This document shows, in pieces, positions 1 to 9,025 of a stretch of 64,000 nt of DNA. Below the pieces are notes generated by a model. It saw only the letters and a list, made by a program, of their open reading frames with translations. It was not told where the DNA came from and ran no database searches. This stretch comes from an uncultured Thermoplasmata archaeon (GTDB taxonomy: Archaea > Thermoplasmatota > Thermoplasmata > RBG-16-68-12), in assembly GCA_963768855.1 (NCBI GenBank), contig CAVYJM010000011.1, positions 160,001-224,000 of the forward strand, written 5' to 3'. Each line of letters begins with the position of its first letter. Position 1 is the stretch's first letter. Both the position numbers and the translations under genes were made by a program.

Positions 1-950
1 CCGAGCTTTGGATCGTAGGCCATGAGGATGGCGGGCCAGATGATCGAGTGGAAGACGATGTTGTCCTTCCCGATGAAATAGTACTGCTTGGCGGCGGGAT
101 CGTACCAGAAGTCCTTCCAGCCCTCCGGGTTCCCGTGGAGCTTGAACCACTCCTTCGTCGCGGTGAGATAGCCCATGACCGCTTCGAACCACACGTAGAT
201 GCGCTTCGTCTCGTAGCCGGGGACGGGGACCTCGATGCCCCATTCCAGATCGCGCGTCACGGGGCGGTCCCGGAGCCCCTCCTGGAGCCAGCTCCGGGTG
301 AAGCTCAGGACGTGGGTGCGCCAGTGGTCCTTTCCCGTGGAGGTCCAGCGCTTCAGCGGCTCCTCGAACGCGCTCAGGCGGAAGAAGAAGTGTCTCGTCT
401 CCTTCTTCACCGGGGTCGTGCCGTGGATCCGGCAGTGGGGATTGGTCAACTCGAAGGGATCCCAGAGCCTGCCGCAGCGATCGCACTGGTCGCCGCGGGC
501 GCGCTCGAAGCCGCAGTTCGGGCATGTCCCTTCGACGTACCGGTCCGGCAGGAAGTGGTTCCCCGTGGGGCAGTACGGGGAGGTCATCGTGGCCTCGTAG
601 ATGTGCCCCTTCTCCTTCAGCCGGAGGAAGATCTCCTGGACCCACGCCTTGTGGTCCTCCGCTGCGGTGTTCCAGTACAGGTCATACTTGACCCCGAGTT
701 GCTCGATGTTCTTCGTGTGGAGGGCATGGAACCGTTCCGCGACCTCGCGGGCCGTGACCCCCTCCTCGTCGGCCCGGACCATCGTGGGCGTGCCGTGCAT
801 GTCGCTTCCGCCCACCATGAGGACCTCGTCGCCCTTCATGCGGTGGTACCGGGCGACCACGTCGGCGGGGATGAATGTGGAGATGGCGTGTCCAAGGTGC
901 CGGGGCCCCGACGCATAAGGCCAGGCGACGCAGACGAGGATCTTGGCCAT
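1..950 (-). CDS. metG: Methionyl-tRNA synthetase (5' part; runs off window start)
   Basis: Manual minus-strand translation from ATG at 950: [55 protein letters not shown]. HIGH-like HLGH motif and Zn-knuckle CPNC/CDRC. Absent from the ORF track because it is truncated. Confidence 0.95.
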   Translation of the reverse strand, partial: [316 protein letters not shown]

Positions 951-1116
951 GGCGGTCCGGCCCACCGCGGACATGTCATTTAAGGATTCTCTGGACCGAC
1001 GGTCCTCCCGGTGGCCTCGTGCGTAATCATTACCGATTATCATATCGTGCGAGCCACGGGCCGCCCATTATCACTAGGGACGTCAATGTCTGCACACTTC
1101 CTGAAGGGGCGATTCC

Positions 1117-1722
1117 ATGGAAATCCACCGACTGAGCCCTGAGGACACGAGCGGAATCCGTGAGGCGATGCCCGCCGACGGGCGGACTCCGCGGATCCTA
1201 TGTTGGCACTGCAAGAAGCTCACCCCATTCCACGAGGAGCGGTGCGAGTTCTGCGGGGCGCGGTTCGCTGGGAGTACGGGGGGAGTGTACGCGAACTCCC
1301 GGATCTCCGTCGCCTCGGTCCCTTCAATTCCGGAGGATGACGAGGAGCTTGTCGAGGCCCGGCGAAGCCTGCTCCAGCTGTTCGAAGACCTCCAGCGGGT
1401 CCACGACGTGTCCTCGGCTCACCATTACGACCCGGTCCGCGAGGAGGAGACGATCACCCTGTTCCAGTGCCCCTCCTGCGGCCGCTTCGTGGCGGAGGAT
1501 GCGGCCGACTGCGTTTGTGGTGTCCGCTTCTCCGCGGAGGCCGTGAACTCGGTGTGCCCGCGATGCGGCTCCCAGGTCTCGGCACCCGGCGCGGCCTGTG
1601 GGATCTGTCACGGACGCCCCGATGAGGAGGCGTCTGATCTCCTGTACGCCTGCCCGCTCTGCGGTGCCGAGGTTTCCGCGGACGCCGTGCTCTGCGCGTG
1701 CGGGGCCCGGTTCGAGGCTTGA
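1117..1722 (+). CDS. Multi zinc-ribbon protein (four Cys-knuckle pairs)
   Basis: CWHC/CEFC, CPSC/CVC, CPRC/CGIC and CPLC/CAC motifs; host-like codon usage. Confidence 0.75.
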   Translation: MEIHRLSPEDTSGIREAMPADGRTPRILCWHCKKLTPFHEERCEFCGARFAGSTGGVYANSRISVASVPSIPEDDEELVEARRSLLQLFEDLQRVHDVSSAHHYDPVREEETITLFQCPSCGRFVAEDAADCVCGVRFSAEAVNSVCPRCGSQVSAPGAACGICHGRPDEEASDLLYACPLCGAEVSADAVLCACGARFEA

Positions 1723-1859
1723 AATCTGCCCGCGGATCTCTGCGTCCTTGTGGACTGCGTCGTACGTCTCCTGGCCAGGACGCGGGGTCTTGTTTCTCAA
1801 ACCGGATAGGCGGGAAGAAACTCATATACCGGACGACGTCGCAGGATGCCTTGCGTCTC

Positions 1860-2261
1860 ATGTCGACGAGCCTCGTCTCGGTGAGTGATTGTCCGATTTG
1901 CGGCGCCCGCGTCCCTCCGGATGCCCAGGAGTGCTTTCGCTGCGGTGAGAGTCTCGTGGCACCGCCGGTCGAGGCCACCGACACGGAAGCCGGGCCGAAG
2001 GCGGTCGCCGGATTCCGCGAGAAGTTCCTGTACTACGCGGGCATCGCGTTCATCCTCCTAGGTGGTCCGGGGATCGCGCTGGGGTCGTGGCTCCACGATG
2101 CCCTTCGTATCTCCTACCTGAACTACACCTCGTTCGACGTGTTCGGACCCGTGAACCGGCTGGTCCTGGGTCTGGGCCTCATCGTGATGATCGTCGGCGT
2201 GGTGTTCTTGATCCTTTCGTTACGACTCTCTCGCCCCGCGGATATCGAGGATGCTGCCTGA
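1860..2261 (+). CDS. Zinc-ribbon membrane protein
   Basis: ATG at 1860 within track ORF 1698..2261. CPICG...CFRCG followed by two hydrophobic TM segments. Confidence 0.7.
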   Translation: MSTSLVSVSDCPICGARVPPDAQECFRCGESLVAPPVEATDTEAGPKAVAGFREKFLYYAGIAFILLGGPGIALGSWLHDALRISYLNYTSFDVFGPVNRLVLGLGLIVMIVGVVFLILSLRLSRPADIEDAA

Positions 2262-2358
2262 GCCGGCCCCGACGAGATTTTAGGAAAACCTCATTTATAA
2301 ATACCGTGCACGCCGTTCGGACGGCCGGCCGCGACTACGGCCGGCAAGAGGAGGGTGT

Positions 2359-2580
2359 ATGTCGTTTAGTGGTGCGGGTTTCAAGCCTCCTTCCCTCCCC
2401 GTCGAGGAGGGGAAGGTCTACGACGCGAAGATTGAGGACATCGGCCGCGAAGGAGACGGTCTCGCGCGGATCCAGAACTTCGTCGTGTTCGTCCCCGGGA
2501 CGAAGATCGGGGATGCAGTGAAGGTCCGCATCACCAAGGTGCATCGCCGCATGGCGTTCGGGGAAGTCGTCAAGGAGTGA
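2359..2580 (+). CDS. Single TRAM-domain protein (archaeal RNA chaperone/cold-shock type)
   Basis: PVEEGKVYDAKIEDIGREGDGLARIQNFVVFVPGTKIGDAVKVRITKV is a typical TRAM signature. AT-rich TATA (tttataaata) lies upstream at about 2291-2302. Confidence 0.9.
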   Translation: MSFSGAGFKPPSLPVEEGKVYDAKIEDIGREGDGLARIQNFVVFVPGTKIGDAVKVRITKVHRRMAFGEVVKE

Positions 2581-2713
2581 TTCGGGGCCTCATCCGGCAC
2601 CCCTCGGCGGGGTGTCGACCCGGCTTCCGAATAGACCGGGGGCGAAGACCTTCGTGAAGTGTCCCATAATCTCTTTATATACTCGCCTCAATCGAATTCC
2701 CGAGGTCGGACCG

Positions 2714-3802
2714 ATGGCCCTCCGCCGGCGTTCCACCATCGCCCTTGCCATTTCCCTTGCCGCCGCATTGGCCCTGAGCGGGGCTGAGTTGCTCAGCGAT
2801 GCAGCGCACGCCTCGACTGTATCGCCCGAGAGTTCGAGCGTCGCTTCCCAGGTCCGGCGGAACGTGACCTTCGTCCTCCCGCCGAAGGCGCCCCGCACGC
2901 TCTTCATTGACAGCCGGTCGGTCGACGCGCCGTCGCCCGATGAATTCCAGATCACGTACGCGGACGGGAACTTCACCCTCAGCTACCGGCGCACCCAGGG
3001 CGGTCCGATCACGAGCCAGTACACGCTGACGGTCCGGGGCCTGGTCGAGTGGAACGACACGCACGGGGACGGGCGGATGGAGGACGGGTCGATTGTCGCC
3101 TACACGCCCATGGGGCCCGGAGCGTTCGGGCGCTATGCGATCCAGCACAACCAGAGGACGACCGGGGACGGCATCGCCGTCAACTCCTTCGTGATCGTGA
3201 GCAACCGCGGCGACCTCACCCTGAACCTCACCATCACCGACGGCTTCCTCACGCTTCCTTCGGGCCAGAACCTCACTCCGATGGAGGCGAAGGTGACCCT
3301 GGCCATCCTCCACAACATGACGAGGCCCGACACGCACCTGTCCCTCCAGCTGGGCCTGAGCACAGACCAGAGGATTAGCCTCGAGAACCGAAGCTGGGAC
3401 GACCTGAATGATTTCAGCAGCGATGACCGCGCCCTCAACGTATCGAACGAGGTCGGCTCCGCCTCCTCGGCGGCGTTCTTCGCCTGGTCCAACTCGGCTT
3501 CCGTCAACGGCCAGCCCGGCCCGGTGACGACCTCCGGACCCGATGTCAACGGCACCTCCGGAGACTACGACTTCTACCTCTCCTACGCGCGCCCGACCAC
3601 GGACCTGCAGCTCCGCGTGGTCCACGATCCTGCGATGGGCGTGGTCAGCGCTGCCTACCTGAGCACGCTCCACCCGGGCCCGGGTCCGGCCCTCCCGTTC
3701 GTGGGGGACGCCCTCTTGTACGGGGTCTCCCTGGCGGGGATTGCGGCCCTCCTCGGAGCAACCGCCATCTTGGTGAACCGGCGGCGGCGCAAGGACCTGT
3801 GA
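2714..3802 (+). CDS. Secreted, C-terminally anchored surface protein
   Basis: N-terminal signal peptide (MALRRRSTIALAISLAAALAL), beta-rich body, C-terminal TM helix followed by RRRRK. Confidence 0.75.
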   Translation: MALRRRSTIALAISLAAALALSGAELLSDAAHASTVSPESSSVASQVRRNVTFVLPPKAPRTLFIDSRSVDAPSPDEFQITYADGNFTLSYRRTQGGPITSQYTLTVRGLVEWNDTHGDGRMEDGSIVAYTPMGPGAFGRYAIQHNQRTTGDGIAVNSFVIVSNRGDLTLNLTITDGFLTLPSGQNLTPMEAKVTLAILHNMTRPDTHLSLQLGLSTDQRISLENRSWDDLNDFSSDDRALNVSNEVGSASSAAFFAWSNSASVNGQPGPVTTSGPDVNGTSGDYDFYLSYARPTTDLQLRVVHDPAMGVVSAAYLSTLHPGPGPALPFVGDALLYGVSLAGIAALLGATAILVNRRRRKDL

Positions 3803-3845
3803 CGAAGCCTTAACCTACGAGGCCTCTATCAGTCACGGTCCTTCC

Positions 3846-4112
3846 ATGGTCGCCGTCGTGAACATCCTGCTGGCCGCCGTCACCGTGGTCGCCTTCGCCC
3901 TCTGCGCGATCTCGCTCTTCGCGTGGCGGCGTGCGCGGGATACCCACTTGATTCTGCTTGGGACCGCCTTTGCCATCTTTTTCGCGAAGGGCCTGTTCCT
4001 GACCATCGCCCTGTTCGCGGGATGGTCGGATCTGGCCCAGCTCCTCGTCCTCTCCTCGGTCTTCGATCTGGTGATCCTCGCCCTGTTCTACGGCTTCACG
4101 TTGAGGCGATGA
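3846..4112 (+). CDS. Small 3-TM membrane protein
   Basis: 88 aa, almost entirely hydrophobic; co-oriented between the surface protein and an HTH gene. Confidence 0.7.
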   Translation: MVAVVNILLAAVTVVAFALCAISLFAWRRARDTHLILLGTAFAIFFAKGLFLTIALFAGWSDLAQLLVLSSVFDLVILALFYGFTLRR

Positions 4113-4128
4113 CCGTCTTGGGGATTCG

Positions 4129-4674
4129 ATGGACGAGGATGTCCTAGCCGTCAAGACGCGCCGCGACCTGTACCAGTACGTCCGTTCGAACCCCGGGTTT
4201 CACCTGCGGGAGATCGCCCGCGTGTTAAACCTCTCCATCACCCTCGCCGACTACCACCTGCGGTTCCTCGAGAAGAACGAGCTGGTCTCGTGGACCATGG
4301 ACGGTGAGTACAAGCGGTACTATCCGCGCTCCCTGCCCGGCGACACGGGGGGACGGCCCGCCCTCTCCGACGACGCGAAGCGCGTGCTCGCGTACCTCCG
4401 CCAGCCTGTCCCCTTCCGCATCCTCGCCTTCCTCATGGAGCGGGAGGCCGCCACGCACAAGGACATCCTGGAGCATGTCCCCGTGTCCCCCTCGACCCTG
4501 TCGCACCACCTGAAGAAGATGCAAAGCGCCGGGATCCTCACCCGGGCAGTGGACCGCAGCGGATACCGCGTTGCGAACCCTCACTCCGTCGCGCGCATCA
4601 TGTCGACCTACGACCTTGCGACCCCGGACCAGGTCGGCACGTGGGTCCGCGTGTGGGGCGAGTTCCGCCTCTGA
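4129..4674 (+). CDS. Double winged-HTH (ArsR-like) transcriptional regulator
   Basis: RRDLYQYVRSNPGFHLREIAR...YHLRFLEK, plus a second HTH (ATHKDIL...STLSHHLKKM). Confidence 0.85.
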   Translation: MDEDVLAVKTRRDLYQYVRSNPGFHLREIARVLNLSITLADYHLRFLEKNELVSWTMDGEYKRYYPRSLPGDTGGRPALSDDAKRVLAYLRQPVPFRILAFLMEREAATHKDILEHVPVSPSTLSHHLKKMQSAGILTRAVDRSGYRVANPHSVARIMSTYDLATPDQVGTWVRVWGEFRL

Positions 4675-4894
4675 GCACCGTTATGCCGAGGCGTTCGATC
4701 GACGGTGCGGGAGTCGCTTCAGGCTCAGGTTGAGTGGAGTCCACTAGTTCCCCCTCCGTCTTTTGACGGGTGATAATGCAACCTATGTCACAGCGTTTTG
4801 GGTCGATGCTCGAATTCTTGGGACCGCCTCGTTCGGATAACCGAAAATCGTCATCTTTCGACGTATTCTACGGGACAATCGTGGACGGTCCGAA

Positions 4895-5362
4895 TCACAG
4901 GATTCCGGCGAGTTCTTCCGCGGCCCAGGCGAGGAACTCTCGGTCTCTCGGCGCGAACGCGTCGAGCTGGTCGGAATCGATATCGATCTCAGCCACCGGG
5001 GTCCCGCCCTTCAGGACAGGGACCACGATCTCGGAACGGGTGTTGATGAAGCATTGAAGGTAGCGGGAATCCGCGTTCACGTCGGGGACGACGATGGTTT
5101 CCTTCGCCGCGACGGCGGCCCCGCAGATGCCTTCGCCGACCGGGATCCGCGTGTGCAGGGTCGCAGTCGGGCCCGACCAAGAAGCGAGGACCAGGTCGGT
5201 TCCCTGTATCTCGTAGATGCCCACCCATGTGTAGTGCGGGATCTTGCGGAGCTCGCGGCAGAGGAAGTCGGTGATCGCTTTCTTCTGGCTCCCAGAATGG
5301 ATGATCTTCCCGAGGCGTTCCGCGAGCGCGTCATAGCTGACCTTTCCCTTCTCGCCCGCCAT
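4895..5362 (-). CDS. msrC: GAF-domain protein, free methionine-(R)-sulfoxide reductase-like
   Basis: ATG at 5362. WVGIY, GEGICG, DSRYLQC, SEIVVP and EIDIDS match fRMsr motifs, with both Cys retained. Confidence 0.75.
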   Translation of the reverse strand: MAGEKGKVSYDALAERLGKIIHSGSQKKAITDFLCRELRKIPHYTWVGIYEIQGTDLVLASWSGPTATLHTRIPVGEGICGAAVAAKETIVVPDVNADSRYLQCFINTRSEIVVPVLKGGTPVAEIDIDSDQLDAFAPRDREFLAWAAEELAGIL

Positions 5363-5716
5363 GACTTCGCCGAACTTCCCCACGCCCTTCACGTGCCACG
5401 CCCGGCGCTTCAAGTCGGCGATTCGCCATAAGGCTTGCGCCTCCGTCCCCCAGCCGGTTAGGTGCCACAGGATCCCGCGCGGGCGCCCCCGTGCGAGCCA
5501 ATGTGCGTCACGCCACGGGGCCGCAAGCCCCATGTGGAACGGTACGTTCAACTCTGGACTAAACATTGATATATCTCCGGAAACGTAGCAACCATCACAA
5601 GCATCCCTCCACAACGAGGCCGTTCCCTGTTTTTCTACTGTGGCAACGGCCTTACCCTTTTTTCTCCTGCGTTTGCGTTGGGCCGGACCGCTCTTCGCCC
5701 GCTTCGTGAGATGCCC

Positions 5717-6358
5717 TTAGGCCGAGGGCGGGATGTCGATCCCCCTCGCATCGATCCGCACCCGATGGCCTTCGACCTTCAGCCGCCCCTCCGCGAACAG
5801 GCGAACCGCGAGCGGCAGCAGACGATGCTCCCATTCTAGGATCCGCGTCTCGAGGCTGTCCTCCGTGTCGTCCTCCATCACGGGGACGGCCTTCTGGAGG
5901 ATGAACGGGCCGCCGTCGACGGACGCGTCGACGAAGTGGATCGTGCACCCAGAAACCTTCGCGCCGGCCGCGAGGACGTCGCGGTGAGCGTGCGCCCCGG
6001 GGAAGGCAGGGAGGAGCGACGGATGGATGTTCATGATCCGGTCCGGGAACTCGCTCACGAGGTATCGTGTCACGATCCGCATGAACCCTGCGAAGACGAC
6101 CAGGTCCACGCGGTGCTCACGGAGGACCTTCACGACGGCCCGCTCGAACCCCTCGCGGTCCTTGCCGAAGGGCCGATGGTCAACGACGGCCGCCGGGACG
6201 CCGGCCTTCTTCGCGCGTTCGAGGACGAGCGCGCCGGGGACGTTGCAGACGAGGACCGCGAGATCGACGTCCAGCTCGCCCCGGTCCCTCGCATCGACGA
6301 GGCTCTGGAAGTCCGTGCCCCGCCCGGAGGCCAGGACGCCGACCCGGGTTCGTGCCAT
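5717..6358 (-). CDS. purN: Phosphoribosylglycinamide formyltransferase
   Basis: VLASGRGTDFQ, FAGFMRI, NIHPSLLPAFPG, GCTIHFVD. Confidence 0.95.
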   Translation of the reverse strand: MARTRVGVLASGRGTDFQSLVDARDRGELDVDLAVLVCNVPGALVLERAKKAGVPAAVVDHRPFGKDREGFERAVVKVLREHRVDLVVFAGFMRIVTRYLVSEFPDRIMNIHPSLLPAFPGAHAHRDVLAAGAKVSGCTIHFVDASVDGGPFILQKAVPVMEDDTEDSLETRILEWEHRLLPLAVRLFAEGRLKVEGHRVRIDARGIDIPPSA

Positions 6359-6366
6359 CGGATCCC

Positions 6367-7899
6367 TCAGTGACGGAAGAGCCGCATCCCGGTGAAGATC
6401 ATTGCGATCCCGTGTTCGTTGCAGGCGTCGATCGCTTCCTGGTCGCGGATCGATCCGCCCGGCTGGGCGATCACGGACACCTTCCCCTTGGCGGCCTCGT
6501 CGATCCCGTCCCGGAACGGGAAGAAGGCGTCGCTCACGAGGACGGACCCTGCCGCCCTGGGTCCCGCCTTCAGGCAGGCCAGGACCACGCTGTCCACCCG
6601 GCTCATCTGTCCAGCGCCCATGCCGACGGTGACCCGGTCCTTCACGAGGACGATGCTATTCGACTTCACGTATTTCGATACCTGCATGCCGAAGACGATG
6701 TCTTGCAGGTCCGCCGGGGTCGCGGTCTTCGTCGTGACGGTCTTGAACGACTCCGGACGGATGTCCGGGTACTGGGAGGTCTGAACGAGCATTCCGCCCG
6801 AGACCTTGACCATCTCGTATTCCGGGGAGGGCCGGAGCGGGAGGTTCGTCCGGACGAGGCGGATGTTCTTCCGCTTCCGCAACCTCTCGAGCGCGTCCTC
6901 GTGGTAGTCGGGCGCGATGATCGCCTCGACGAAGTGCCCCTTCATGCCCTTCGCCGTCTCGAGGTCGACGGGCCGATTGAGACCGACGACGCAGCCGTAC
7001 GCGGACCGCTCGTCCGCGTCATGGGCCTCCGCGTACGCGCGCGCCAGTTCCGGACGCACCGAGACTCCGGAGGGGTTGCCGTGCTTGATCACGACCGCGG
7101 CGGTCTCCACGAACTCGGACGCAATCCGGAGGGCCGCCTCGAGGTCCGCGATGTTGTTGTAGCTCAGATCCCGACCATGGAGCTGCTCGAGGCTCGCGAC
7201 GTTCGGCTTGGGCGCATAGGGGTCGCGGTAGAAGGCGGCCTTCTGGTACGGGTTCTCGCCGTACCTCATGTCGGATGCCTTCTCGAAGGCGATGCGGAGG
7301 CTCGGTGGGAGGGCGCGTCCCTGGTGCCGCCACAGGAAGTTGTAGATCGCGACGTCGTACCGGGAGGTGTACTCGAACGCGTCGAGCGCGAGATCCTCCC
7401 GGAGCTTCGCGGGGAGACCACCTTCCTTCCGATACGCGTCCAGGATCTCTGGATACCGCGACGGTCGGACGACGACGCCCACCCGCGAGGCGTTCTTGGC
7501 GGCGGCCCGGATCAGGGCGACGCCCCCGATGTCGATGTTCTCGATCGCCTCGGCGAGGTCCACGCCTGGTTTGGCGACGACGGACTCGAACGGGTAGAGG
7601 TTCGCGACGACCAGATCGAGCGGCACGGCGCCCCATGCCTTCAGTTCCGGCTCGTCGCCGCGGGGTGCGAGGATGCCGGCGAAGATCCGGGGATGCAGGG
7701 TCTTGACGCGTCCCCCCAATCCCTCCGGCTGGCCCGTGTACTCCGACACGGTCTTCACGGCGAGGCCCGCGGCCTTCAGGGCCTTCGCGGTGCCTTCCGA
7801 TGCGAAGAACTCGAACCCGAGCTCGCTCAGCCCGTGTGCGAAATCCAACAAGCCCTCCTTGTCTGAGAGGCTGAGGAGGGCATGGCGAACAGAAACCAT
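6367..7899 (-). CDS. purH: Bifunctional AICAR transformylase/IMP cyclohydrolase
   Basis: ALLSLSDKEGL, GRVKTLHP, IENIDIGG, RYGENPYQ, KHGNPSG, SDAFFPFRDG, QPGGSIRD. Confidence 0.95.
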   Translation of the reverse strand: MVSVRHALLSLSDKEGLLDFAHGLSELGFEFFASEGTAKALKAAGLAVKTVSEYTGQPEGLGGRVKTLHPRIFAGILAPRGDEPELKAWGAVPLDLVVANLYPFESVVAKPGVDLAEAIENIDIGGVALIRAAAKNASRVGVVVRPSRYPEILDAYRKEGGLPAKLREDLALDAFEYTSRYDVAIYNFLWRHQGRALPPSLRIAFEKASDMRYGENPYQKAAFYRDPYAPKPNVASLEQLHGRDLSYNNIADLEAALRIASEFVETAAVVIKHGNPSGVSVRPELARAYAEAHDADERSAYGCVVGLNRPVDLETAKGMKGHFVEAIIAPDYHEDALERLRKRKNIRLVRTNLPLRPSPEYEMVKVSGGMLVQTSQYPDIRPESFKTVTTKTATPADLQDIVFGMQVSKYVKSNSIVLVKDRVTVGMGAGQMSRVDSVVLACLKAGPRAAGSVLVSDAFFPFRDGIDEAAKGKVSVIAQPGGSIRDQEAIDACNEHGIAMIFTGMRLFRH

Positions 7900-7973
7900 C
7901 CCTATTACCGCCTCGGAATGGTGGGCTCGCGCTTAAACCTTGAGAGCAGCTCGGGAAGCGAACCGCGCGCTCC

Positions 7974-8933
7974 TCACGGGTGGCCCGCAGGGGGCAAGGG
8001 GCGGCGGCCAAGCCCGGACTCCCGGACGAGTCGGGGCACGGCCTCTTCCCAGTTGACGGCCATGATGTGCACGCCGTGCACGCCCTCGATGGACCGGAGC
8101 GCCTTGATCGTTCGCAGGGCGATGCTCAGGCCCTCCGCGCGCGGATCCGGAGCGGCGTTCATCCGGTGGAGGATGTCTTTGGGGACGGCGACGCCGGGGA
8201 CCTTCTCGGCCATGAACCGGGCCATCTTGGCGGAGCGCAGCGGGATGACGCCTGCGAGGATGTGGACGTGCTCGTGCAGCCACTCCTTCCGCACGAGCCG
8301 CATCCACTCCTCGAACCGGTCCACATCGTAGATGGCCTGGGTTTGGATGAAGTCCGCACCGGCGGTCACCTTGCCGCGGAGGTTCTCGAACGACTCCTCG
8401 AGGGAACCTGCGAAGGGATTCGCTGTCGCGCCGAGGAACAGCTTCGGCGGCGCGTCGACCCGGTCGCCCCCGCGGAGGAGCCCCTGGTCCCGCAGGTCGC
8501 GGGCGGCGCTGAGGAATTCCTCCGTGCTGAGGTCGTACACCCCCGCCGCATCCCGCTCGTTCCCGATGTGCGGCGGGTCACCCCGCATGCAGAGCACGTT
8601 CCGGACGCCGAGGGCCGCCCCTCCGAGGAGATCGGCCTGAAGCGCGATCCGGTTCCGGTCGCGGAGTACGATCTGGAGGACCGGCTCGACGTCTTCCTGG
8701 AGCGTGAGCGCGGCCGCGGCCATCGCGGACATCCGGACCATGGCCCGTTGGCAGTCCGTGACGTTGCAGGCGTCCGTGGAATCCCGGAGGAGGGCCGCAA
8801 TCCGGCGGACTTCCGTAGGATCCGCGGACCCGGGCGGGGCGATCTCGGCGGTCACCGCAAAACCGCCTTCGGCGAGGACCCGCTCGAGGCGACCGCCCGA
8901 GCGCACTTGCCGCGTGACCGCCTTCGCGACCAT
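7974..8933 (-). CDS. metF: Methylenetetrahydrofolate reductase
   Basis: ATG at 8933 inside the long track ORF. TAEIAPP, CNVTD, RDRNRIALQADLLG, GADFIQTQ, GVHGVHIM. Confidence 0.9.
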   Translation of the reverse strand: MVAKAVTRQVRSGGRLERVLAEGGFAVTAEIAPPGSADPTEVRRIAALLRDSTDACNVTDCQRAMVRMSAMAAAALTLQEDVEPVLQIVLRDRNRIALQADLLGGAALGVRNVLCMRGDPPHIGNERDAAGVYDLSTEEFLSAARDLRDQGLLRGGDRVDAPPKLFLGATANPFAGSLEESFENLRGKVTAGADFIQTQAIYDVDRFEEWMRLVRKEWLHEHVHILAGVIPLRSAKMARFMAEKVPGVAVPKDILHRMNAAPDPRAEGLSIALRTIKALRSIEGVHGVHIMAVNWEEAVPRLVRESGLGRRPLPPAGHP

Positions 8934-9025
8934 TTCCCCGGAACATGCGTGCCCGATGCTTGAGTCTGTCGACCGGAAAGGAGGAGGATTATTCGGATGG
9001 GAATGGGGCCGTGCCCGTCCCGCGA

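Noticed and set aside
48-983. 311-aa plus-strand ORF, and other long shadow ORFs (6352..7866, 15692..18106, 23350..25464, 35465..37468, 44480..46498, 58485..61442)
   Set aside because: These are antisense or alternate-frame ORFs over clearly identified genes, expected at about 68% GC. Their Arg/Pro/Gly-rich translations have no motifs.
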